Below are positions 1 to 8,844 of a DNA stretch of 64,000 nt, one piece after another (position 1 is the first letter of the stretch; every line of letters begins with the position of its first letter). Position numbers and translations under genes: made by a program. This stretch comes from Mustelus asterias (taxonomy: Eukaryota). Below the pieces are notes generated by a model that did no database searches, was not told where the DNA came from, and was given only the letters and a program-made list of their open reading frames with translations. Location of the stretch: positions 33,790,001-33,854,000 of the forward strand of contig NC_135808.1 of the NCBI RefSeq assembly GCF_964213995.1, in the 5' to 3' direction.

Positions 1-140
1 TTGGTGAGGGGACCAAAGGTTACAGGGAAAAAGCAGGAGAATGGGGTTGAGAAACTTAGCAGTCATGACTGAATGGCAGAGCAGACTCAAGGAGCTGAAT
101 GGCCTAATTCTGCTCCTATATCTTATGGTCTTATGGTCTA
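1..140 (+). mobile_element. CR1 LINE 3' end
   Basis: Typical CR1 3' UTR (GAATGGCCTAATTCTGCTCCTA) ending in (TCTTATGG)n. Confidence 0.8.
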
Positions 141-259
141 AAACATACCTGGGGCAATTTTCCACTTTGCTGGCTAGGTGCCAGTGTTGTAGCTGTACTG
201 TACAGCTTGGCTAGGGGCACGTGTTACATGCTCCCTATTGCTGTGTATACTGGGGCGGC

Positions 260-594
260 CATGATGTGGAGATGCCGGTGTTGGACTGGGGTAAACACAG
301 TAAGAAGTCTCACAACACCAGGTTAAAGTCCTGGCTGGAGACAATACACATCTCATTAACTTGTGCTTAACCCTCTCTCCACTCACATTGTCTGTAGCTT
401 TAAGACTTGATTAGCTGTAAAGACTCGCATTCCAACCATTATTTTGTAAATTGAGTTTGTGTCTTTATATGCCCTATTTGTGAACAGAACTCCCACTCAC
501 CTGATGAAGGGGCAGCGCTCCGAAAGCTAGTGGCTTGTGCTACCAAATAAACCTGTTGGACTTTAACCTGGTGTTGTGAGACTTCTTACTGTGT
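260..594 (+). mobile_element. Penelope-like element terminal-repeat remnant with inverted 5' tail
   Basis: 296-330 is the reverse complement of 558-592; contains a hammerhead core; flanked by a duplicated CTGTGTATACTGGGGCGGC (241-259 / 589-607); homologous to 16341-17139. Confidence 0.8.
497..533 (+). ncRNA. minimal type-I hammerhead ribozyme motif (Penelope)
   Basis: TCAC-CTGATGA-A-GGGGC(AGC)GCTCC-GAAA-GCTA-GTGG: stem I TCAC/GTGG, 5-bp stem II, palindromic AGCT stem III. Confidence 0.75.
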
Positions 595-599
595 ATACT

Positions 600-903
600 G
601 GGGCGGCACAGTGGTTAGCATTGCTGCCTCACAGCGCCAGGGACCCAGGTTCAAATCCGGCTTCAGGTGACTGTGTGGAGTTTGCACATTCTCCATGTGT
701 CTGTGTGGGTATCCTTCGGGTGCTCCAGGTTTCCTCCCACAGTTCAAAGGTGTGAGGATTAGGTTGATTGGCCATGATAAATTGCTCCTCAATATGAGGG
801 TAAATACATAGGGTTACAGGGATTGGGTCTGGGTGGGATTGTTGTAGGTGCTCGCTCAATGGGTCGAATGGCCTCCTTTTGCAGTGTAGGGATTCTATGG
901 TTC
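600..903 (+). mobile_element. HE1-type V-SINE (tRNA-derived head, CR1-like tail)
   Basis: GGCGGCACAGTGGTTAGC A-box region, GGTTCAAATCC B-box, central TGTGGAGTTTGCACATTCTCC domain, GATTCTATG tail. Confidence 0.88.
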
Positions 904-919
904 CTTTATTTACGTTCAA

Positions 920-2720
920 AGGCCCAGCTTCAAAAATTGCAGATGACACAAAATTTATAAGTATTGTGACGCACGAAGACAGTAGTGATAGACTAGGATG
1001 TAGACAGCTGGGGGAAATGGACAGAAATATGGCAGACTAAATTTAATGCAGAAATATCTGAAGCGATATCTTTTGAGAGGAAGAACGAGAAAAGGCAACT
1101 TAAAATAAATTCTAAAGGGAGTGCAAGAGCAGAGAAACCTGGACGCATATGCATGCAAATGTGGTAATATAAACAGGGCCTAGTTTTAAGGCTGATAACA
1201 TTGGATATCCTAAATTAAAGAATTGGGCATATTAAAATCAAACACAGTCAAACCTCGGGCAGGCCAATTGTACAAATACACAAACATGTCTGGGCCTGAC
1301 CCATCAATCACCCATCAAAGGTCATTGCACTCTACTGATACTTAGCAGGAGATCATTGCACCCCATTGAAATGCACCGGCCTATTGTTAGAAGCCCAGAT
1401 CGGGCCAGACTTTCTGTCACCCAGAGTTCCTGCAGTTAGCTTATCTGATAACAGGTTACATGTAAGCAACAGCATGTAGATGGACACCTGGGGGCGGACC
1501 CTGGTGGCCTGTCAGGCAGACATCAAGAAACCCACTGGGTATTGGAACCCCCTCCTGGGACCTCATTGGCCGGAAGCCAGAGAAGCTTCTGGAAAGGCAA
1601 GCAGGCAGGGGGATAAAGGGACACATTTTCAAACACACCAGCAGTGAAGACTCGACGAAGAAGGTGACCTTCACCATTTGGAAGACTGGCCAGAGAAGGA
1701 AGGAAGAAAGAAAGAAGCTGCCATCGAGATTCACCGTCATGATGACAGACCAGAGGGACTCAGAGAATCGGGCCTGCAGTTTAACCAAACCATCTTTGCG
1801 GGTAGTACGCTTGAATCTGGGGTATCCTTTTGTTTTATGTGGGTAATTTAAGGGTTGATAGTGTTATTATTAATAAACTTGTTGAACCTTTACTTGTGTA
1901 TGTCCTTTGTCCATCTTGCAAATAAGGACACCGGGGTAAAACCTTAGAGTAAGCAAACTGGTCGAAAGTATCTGAGAATTAACAGGTACAACACAAATCA
2001 TTAAAGGTGGCAGGACAGGTTGAGAAACAAGCTACTGTGATATATGGGATCTTGAGCTTTATAAATGGAGGCATAGAGTACAGAAACAAGGAAGTTAAGG
2101 TTCAGGGGATGAAAAACTCCAGCTAGGATAGATCAGCAACACTAGGGCTGTTCTATTTAGAGAATCAAAGAATCCCCACAGAGTAGAAGGAGGCCATTCA
2201 GCCCATCATTTCTACACCAACTCTACCACAGAGCATTCCACCCAGGCCCTATCCCCATAACCCCACATATCTACCCTGCTGATCCCCCCCAACCTACACA
2301 TCTTGGGACACGAAGCAGCAAATTAGCATGGGCAATCCACCTAACCTGCACATCCTTGAAAGAAAAAGCGGAGAGGAGATTTGAGAGGAATTCAAAACCA
2401 CTGGGGCCCCTGGAAGGGTAGATACAGAGAAAAACTGCTCCCTTTAGTGGAAAGATCAGGAAGCAGATAAACACGGATTTAAGGTGATTTAGTGAAAAAA
2501 AGCAATGGCGACCTGAGGAGAACATGTTTTTACCCAGCCAATTGTTCGGATCTGGAGTGGTCTGTCTGAGTGTGTTGGGAGCAGATTGAATCGTGTCTTA
2601 CGGATAATTAATTGCCGGAAGGGAAAAAAGACAAGGTTGCGGGGAGTGAAGCTTCAGCTGGGTTATTTCTAGAGAGCCGGCACTCACACGAAGGGTCGAA
2701 CAGCTTCATTCTGCAATCTG
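920..2720 (+). mobile_element. old fragmented CR1 LINE, interrupted by a solo LTR (1160-1993) and a SINE fragment (2163-2358, -)
   Basis: RT-like K(I)ADDTK at ~935-952; CR1 sequence resumes exactly after the LTR; decayed 3' UTR to ~2720. Confidence 0.7.
1160..1993 (+). mobile_element. solo LTR (834 bp)
   Basis: TGTGGTA...TACAACA termini; 4-bp TSD CAAA (1156-1159 / 1994-1997); AATAAA at 1872. Confidence 0.85.
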
Positions 2721-2862
2721 ATTATTTTATGAATGCATGTTCCTATGTCTGTATGAATGTTCCTGTATTTCTGTCCATGTTCACTAGCTCTGTGTACATG
2801 TACCCTAACCTCTGGACATGTCTGTGACTGGGTGAGATCAGTCTTTCTGCTGCTCCATAGCC

Positions 2863-2876
2863 AGTTTCGCTTTCAC
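2863..2876 (+). promoter_or_regulatory. ISRE (IRF/ISGF3 site) of the b2m promoter
   Basis: AGTTTCGCTTTCAC matches the consensus AGTTTCNNTTTCNC, ~310 bp upstream of the ATG. An ISRE is a known element of MHC-I/b2m promoters. Confidence 0.85.
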
Positions 2877-2933
2877 GGCTGCTGCAGACCCGCCCACTCA
2901 AACTTGTCCGTTTCACAAACTGTACAGCAGTCT

Positions 2934-3034
2934 CTTACCCGGAGACCGGTGACCCGCAATGGGCCCAATATTGCGATTGGCTGCAAAGGGGATGGTGGGC
3001 GGTGCCAGGCGGGGCGGCTGATTTTCTGATTGGT
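2934..3034 (+). promoter_or_regulatory. X1-X2-Y module, GC boxes and second Y box
   Basis: RFX-like CTTACCCGGAGAC 2934-2946; CRE-like GGTGACCC 2948-2955; ATTGG 2976-2980 (20 bp after X2); CCAAT 2965-2969; GGGCGG at 2997 and 3012; CTGATTGGT 3026-3034. The region is CpG-rich. Confidence 0.7.
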
Positions 3035-3182
3035 GCAGCGCTGCTTGTTTGCTACAGTTTATTCGGGAGCCCAGGAAGCGAGGGGCAGAAGTGCGAGCGG
3101 AGAGCCAGAGTTACCTGAGTGAGGATCGGAGTCCGGACTGAATCTTAACTTCAACCCCAGAGCCCGCAGTCAACCTGCAACG

Positions 3183-3237
3183 ATGATGCTGAAACTTGCC
3201 GTGCTGTCCTTGCTGGTGTCCCTGTGCCTGGCTATAA
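3183..3237 (+). CDS. b2m: beta-2-microglobulin exon 1 (signal peptide MMLKLAVLSLLVSLCLAI, phase-1 junction)
   Basis: ATGATG at 3183; hydrophobic leader; GTGAGT donor at 3238; splices in frame to exon 2 (A|GT = Ser). Confidence 0.95.
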
Positions 3238-3390
3238 GTGAGTTTGGTGTCTGGGGAGCTCTTGGGGTGAATGCGCGGCCGCTTAGCAGAGTATAGGAGA
3301 TTTTAATTCGAGAGAGAACCATTAGGCCCATCTCTGTGCCTCCCCTCTCTTTGCAGGAACTCTCTCCTCAGTCCCATTCCTTTTTTTAAA

Positions 3391-3590
3391 TTATTATTTA
3401 TTAGTATCACAAGTAGACTTACATTAACACTGCAATGAAGTTTCTGTGAAAACCCCCAGTCGCCACACTCCGGCGCCTGTTCGGGTACACAGAGAGAATT
3501 TAGCATAGCCAATGCACCTAACTAGCACGTCTTTCGGACTATGGGAGGAAACTGGAGCACCCGAGGAAACCCACACAGACGTCGGGAGAA
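3391..3590 (-). mobile_element. V-SINE variant with a different (AATAAAT) 3' tail, in b2m intron 1; related pieces at 19245-19410 and 63278-63340
   Basis: Central V-domain (GGAGGAAAC..GGAGCACCCGAGGAAACCCAC) joined to the tail TTTATTAGT..CACAAGTAG..CTTACATTAACACTGCAATGAAG. Confidence 0.75.
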
Positions 3591-4085
3591 AAGGACCAGC
3601 TAGATTGAGTCTTGTGTATCGGGTCAGTGAAGGACCTCACTTACGGTTCACAGCCATGGTGAGGAACTCATTACTTTCTGAAGGGGGAGCACTCTGGAGG
3701 GCAGAGTCTTGATCAATATTTCAAAGCTCTTTATTGCTCCACGCCTGAGGTGTGGTGATCCTCGGGTTAAATCGTAACCAGTCATCTCTCTCTCTCTCTC
3801 AAAGGGAGAGTCCTCTGGGACTGTGGCAATGTTTCATTGTTTCACCTCCCCCGATAACATTTTGTTGACTTCATGGAGATCACATCCACAAGACTTGCTG
3901 TTAGCGATAGTGTAAGCGTGTTTGTGAAGATGATGTGTGAGTTTGCCACAGTAAAGCCATAGTTAAGAGACACTGGGTTTGTGCTGTTGTGACCTCGTGA
4001 CCAGAAGTCCCATGAAAACCAGGCACTTTGTTCATCAGAATGCAACTTCTTCAACTCCACCCTCAGTTTTCTGTACGTCCTGTAT

Positions 4086-4236
4086 CAGGAAAAGAAATGC
4101 TGGAAATGCTCAGCAATCTGGAAGTATTGAGAGAAACAGAGTTAGTGTTTCAGATGATGACTCTTCAGCAAGCTGAAATAGTAACTGTTTCTCTTTCCGT
4201 AGACATGCTGGGAATTTCCAGAATGTTCTGTTTCTA
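4086..4236. mobile_element. degenerate fold-back repeat (Penelope-type terminal repeat family, related to 29209-29302)
   Basis: Arms AAATGCTGGAAATGCTCAGC...GAGAGAAACAGAGTTA and TAACTGTTTCTCT...GCTGGGAATTTCCAGAAT are inverted copies of each other. Confidence 0.55.
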
Positions 4237-4444
4237 GTTTCCTGTATCCAGTGCCCTTTTCTCTTATCCAGCTATCAGTTCAAACTTTTACTTTGATCTT
4301 TCATCTTGCACTGCCCATTTTGTGTTCAGTATCTTGTATCTTTTGCCACTCTTCGTTGCATTTTCAACATTTTTTCTCTCTCTTAAGTCTATGTCCCATC
4401 CACTGTGACAGAGAAATTCCTCTAGTCAACATATGGGTATCTTC

Positions 4445-4670
4445 CAGAGGCTAGGAGAGATCCCAGTCAGTGGATATTTGCCAGCGACTGAGACAAAGAC
4501 AGCCCAGTCAGTACAGAGCTCTTGTGGGGACTGTGGCCAAGAGATCCCCGTCAGTGTGCGATATTGCCCAGAGACTGGAATTATGTGATCCAATTCAGTG
4601 TACAGATGTATCCCAGAGACTGGGACTGAGAGATCCCAGTCAGTGTCTGGATATCTCCCAGCCTCAGTAC
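4445..4670 (+). repeat. degenerate ~43-bp minisatellite in b2m intron 1 (~5 units)
   Basis: Recurrent GAGATCCCAGTCAGTG...ATAT..CCCAGAGACTGG. Confidence 0.75.
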
Positions 4671-4747
4671 CAAGAAGACAGACCGCAGTCAATGAAGAAT
4701 TTGAGTGCAGTTTGTTAATTTGCTCTTTACTCTGCTCTATCCCTTAG

Positions 4748-5020
4748 GTTCTCCAAATGTCCAAGTGTACACCTACAGACCCATTGAGGAGGGCAAAAGC
4801 AATGTGCTGCTTTGCCATGCCAAAGAGTTCACCCCCCCCAACATCAAGCTGGAGCTGCTGGAGAATGGAAAAACCATATCCAATGCCAACCAGTCTGACC
4901 TCTCCTTTGAGGCTGATTGGAGCTTCAAACTCACCAAGTTTGTGGAAATCGTCCCCAAGGATGGAATCAAGTATTCCTGTAAGGTGGAACACAATGGTAA
5001 TTTAAGAGAGGTTCAGCTTG
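4748..5020 (+). CDS. b2m: beta-2-microglobulin exon 2 (Ig C1-set domain)
   Basis: SPNVQVYTYRP...NVLLCHAKEFTPPNIKLELLENG...SDLSFEADWSFKLTK...YSCKVEH has the b2m hallmarks (PxVQVY, two Cys, SDLSF..DWSF). Pyrimidine tract + TAG acceptor at 4745-4747; GTAAGT donor at 5021. Confidence 0.98.
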
Positions 5021-6174
5021 GTAAGTAATCTGTCTATTCGTCGTGACTAATTTGCATCTACACAAGCTCTTTCCACACATACTGTCTCCACCTGTAGTAC
5101 CAGATCATCAATTGTAAACTTAATCCAAAACATGTAACTTCCACGAAGTGACAATCAGTGTGTCGGATTGCCACTCCACCCCTACTTATCTAACATTTTT
5201 CATTCCTGTCTTGCCCGACTCAGGCCGGGTAAGAACTGTGCAGGGCAGTGCACTCCTAAACCCTTCAGTTGAGTGGTGTTGCAACAAAGGGAAGGAGGCC
5301 ACACCCCTTTTTATACAACACCGGTTGTTGTCAATAAGGTGAGTTTAAAGTGCCGGCCGTTTTCAAATCAGGGAGAAACTAGATTTGTCAATGGAATGGT
5401 TAGAAGGCCTGCTTCCATTCGTTGGGACTTAGCCACAATTGTATTAAAAGTATTTGCTTCCTCTGTCCTTCACACTTTCGCCCACTTCCCTATCCTCTTG
5501 ACCGGTATGCACTGTGTAAAGAACTAATGAACTTTATAATAACAATGACAAGTGTTAAAACGCTGAGGGAAAAACATGCACATTCAGAAACTTTATTTAA
5601 AAATAACTTATTTTTACAACCCTATGAAACTATCAGTCAGTCGTGTCAATAAAAAAAGCTTTACTGGACTTTACGCCTCTTAATCTCATCCAGATAAACA
5701 CAAAGACATTTCCAAAAAAAATCAAAGAATAACTTATTCTAACTTCAAAGGTGTCAATAATCAAAGCAAACACTCCAGTTCATCCTATCAGAACAGACAG
5801 ACCCCTGCTGAGGTAATCCATACAAGAGCCTTGGTGCTCAGCCAAACCCATCTGGGATTTGTTTCAGAAGAAATAGACGCCCGAAAAGCTGTATCATCAG
5901 CTGGGCTCACTATGAATGCTTCGACATATGGATCCCAACGTTCACTACACAGTGAGTTTCGTGGAGACTATTCTTTAGTGATTAATTGCTGACTAGTTAA
6001 CAGTTTCATTATCATGTGACTACCAAAAAGGTGGTGGGAAAGCTAGATATACCTTGATCTTCCAACTGGTAATTTCCATGTTCCAAAATGCAGAATGAAG
6101 ACCAAGTGACTGGTGGCCAGCTGTAGGTTTTGGTCACAGACTAATGATGTTTTATTCTATGCTTCCACCCACAG

Positions 6175-6185
6175 ACAGATACTAG
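6175..6185 (+). CDS. b2m: beta-2-microglobulin exon 3 coding part (G|AC AGA TAC TAG = D-R-Y-stop); exon spans 6175-6200
   Basis: Branch-like CTAAT at 6141, pyrimidine tract, CAG at 6172-6174, GTAAGC donor at 6201. A tiny stop-containing third exon is the conserved b2m architecture. Full protein is 112 aa. Confidence 0.88.
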
Positions 6186-6297
6186 CCTGTCACTGCAGAG
6201 GTAAGCACTGTCCTGCAACTGAGCAACAATGATTACTGATGGGACATATTGCAGCACAAAATTCAATTCGACGGCCTGTGTTTTTCTTCTTTTGCAG

Positions 6298-6930
6298 CCA
6301 TTGGATGATGCTAGTCGATGAATCAACCACTTCAGGGGATCAAATCACTTTGTTTCAACCTATTTTCAAATGTTAAATTTTATAGGAAATCAGTGACTTA
6401 ATGCTGTTGATTAGACATCTTAAACTATTCTGAGTGGTAGGAAGTAAGTTTGTGTTTAGTCCTGTAATCTCTGTAAATTACGCCCCAGCTTTGTGTCCAT
6501 TTCTGAGGGTTTTCGCTTCTCTGTCATTAAAGTTCTAAAATGTTGACTCAGTTGATTTAAAATTGCCACATTTTACCGCTCCTTCCCGCCTGGCGGGATA
6601 TATTGCCACCGAAATAAAACCTGGCTTCCCATCCCACCCTGCAGATTTACCCTGAGAAATCCTTCAATGTGCTACAAAATCTCGGCACTGTTGTGATTTG
6701 AGTGTTTGGGTCATCATTGTTTTAATACTTGGACTTGGCATATTACAGAGATTACCTAAGATTAATTTTAGAAGCATGTTCTGCAAATCATAGACGCTCA
6801 GTGCTCATTATTTTGTAATTTTGTGGGCACATATATTGATAATTTGATTGGAATGTTACTGTTTCACATGCAATTCTATTATCTGTAAGCTTATCAGTGT
6901 GAATAAAACCTTTCTCTTTATCTCCCTTGT
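6298..6930 (+). other. b2m: b2m exon 4 (3' UTR only)
   Basis: Strong acceptor TTTTTCTTCTTTTGCAG ending 6297 (97-nt intron 3). AATAAA at 6613-6618 and 6902-6907, the latter followed by T/GT-rich sequence. The 3' end is approximate. Confidence 0.8.
6902..6907 (+). terminator. polyadenylation signal of b2m (alternative upstream signal at 6613-6618)
   Basis: AATAAA followed by a U/GU-rich downstream tract. Confidence 0.65.
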
Positions 6931-7139
6931 TGTCTCATTTAACTACTCTGGAGAGAAGAAACAGCTCATTCGCCCTAGTGTTATTGTGAGTAATCCCAGA
7001 CTTGTATGTCCATTTTAAAGGTAGTAGACTAGAAAGAACTAGGTGATAACTCACTGAGGAAGCCTCTGCTCATTGAGGGATTGATCCCACTGCTTACAGT
7101 GATGTTCCAAACATGCAGGTTCAGGACTAACAGGCAGAA

Positions 7140-8085
7140 CCACAACAACAATATGTATCAATATATTGTCTATAAAACTTCCAAAGGCCAATCATATGTA
7201 TATTATCAATCAAAATTTAACGCAGCCAAATAAGACTTGGTCAAAAAGTTATCTTAAGAATGTTTGAAAGGAAAAAGAGGATTGGGAGAAAATTCCATTG
7301 CTCAGGACCTCTGGAAGCTGAAGACATGGCCCCAATGGTGCAGCAATTAAAACTGGAGAGGTGCCAAGATGAAAATTGGAGAACCACGGGTATTTGGGAG
7401 GGCTGTGGAACAGAACGTTGCAAACATCAGGAGGGATGAGGCCATGGATGGAGTTTAAATACAAGGGTAAGAATTTTAATATCATCATAGAATCCCCACA
7501 GTGCTGAAGTCATCATTCGGCCTGTTCTAGTCTGCACCAACTCTCTGACAGAGCACCTCACCCAGGCCCTCTCCCCAGCCTGATCCCCATAACCCCACAT
7601 GTTTACAATGACAAATCCATCAAAACTACACATCTTTGAAGACTAAGAAGCAATTTAGCATAGCCAATCCCCATATCCTGCACATCTTTAAACTGAGTGA
7701 GGAAACTGAAGCTCCCGGAGGAAACCCACACAGACACAAGAAGAACATGTAAACGCCATACAGACAGTCACCCAAGGCCGAATTGAACCCAGGTCCCTAA
7801 GCTGTGAGGTAGCAGTGCTAACCACTGTGCAACCATGCTGCCAAAATCGAAGTTGGTCAACACAGGGCCACTAAGTCCGACCACCCATGTAATTTGGTGT
7901 GAGATAGTAAAATGCAGCAAAGATTTAAATGACATGGAATACGTGGAGGGACAAAGATGGAAGTCTGTCCAAGATTGTATTTGCCTATTTGAGGTTAGAA
8001 ATAACAAAGGCCTAGACTAAATAAACACAAAGATTTGATTGAGCAGCAGTTCCACACTGGTGTCCTGGTGAACACAGTTAAATGG
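7140..8085 (-). mobile_element. L2 LINE 3' fragment, split by a full-length HE1 SINE (7485-7842, -)
   Basis: Minus-strand translation KILTLVFK../SIHGLIPP..CNVL resembles the L2 ORF2 C-terminus. Confidence 0.65.
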
Positions 8086-8469
8086 CAGTGAGCTGATGGG
8101 AACTGGATTCAAAGGAAGGCCAGGTGTGTGTGAAGGGTTCTCTGGGGGTATGCGTTCCATTGTAGTTCCTGATAAACTAAGGAATACAATGGAAGCTGGT
8201 GTGACACAGGCGCTGTCATGTTGCAGTGGTAGGAAGTACATTTTTAATGGTGGGTTTGTAGAGTCTTAGATGTACAGACAAAACAAAAAGTTTTCTATGC
8301 CCTGCAACGATATGCCTGCATAAATGTAACATGAAATTAAAATGTCAAATAAAGCTATTTATTTATTTTTGTGCAGGAAATAAAATACTTTAATGCTCAG
8401 AGTGCTTTAATATACAATTTAAAGAAAGGTTCTGTTATAAATGTGCGTGTTGCCCATAAGGCCAGAATG

Positions 8470-8730
8470 TTTTTATTCATTCGTGGGACCAGCGTCGCTG
8501 GCTGGCTGGCCAGCATTTATTGCCCATCCCTAATTGCCCTTGAGGAGATGATGGTGAGCTGCATCTTGAATGGCTGCAGTCCATGTTCTGTGAATTGACC
8601 CACAATGCCATCAGGGAGGGAATTCCAGGATTTTGACCCAGCAACTGCAAAGAAACAGGGATATATTTCCAAGTCAGGATGGTGAGTGGCTTGAGAGGAA
8701 CCTGCCGGTGGTGGTGGTTCCCATGTATGC
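8470..8730 (-). mobile_element. 3' tail of the CR1/L2-group LINE seen at 19518-23063 (another copy at 15428-15688, +)
   Basis: Reverse complement of ...CCTGACTTGGAAATAT...GGGTCAAAATCCTGGAATTCCCTCCC...GATGGGCAATAAATGCTGGCCAGCC. Confidence 0.8.
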
Positions 8731-8844
8731 TTGGTCCATCTGTAATTGCCTTTGAACTAAGTAACATGCTAGGCCTTTTCAGACAGTAGTTCTGTGTATC
8801 TGTTGTCTCATGGAGGAAAAGGGGGAAGATTTCACTCACCCGCT

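Noticed and set aside
600-670. tRNA genes at SINE heads
   Set aside because: A/B boxes are present but continue into the SINE body; no full cloverleaf.
4210-4219. GGGAATTTCC kB consensus in b2m intron 1 (and GGGATTTTCC at ~17794)
   Set aside because: Both lie within repeat termini, where they arise from the element sequence; no supporting motif cluster.
4705-5028. ORF-track 107-aa ORF as the full b2m protein
   Set aside because: Its ends are intronic; the real CDS is spliced from 3183-3237, 4748-5020 and 6175-6185.
5510-6140. Possible antisense solo LTR in b2m intron 2
   Set aside because: TG...CA candidate ends exist but I found no matching target-site duplication.
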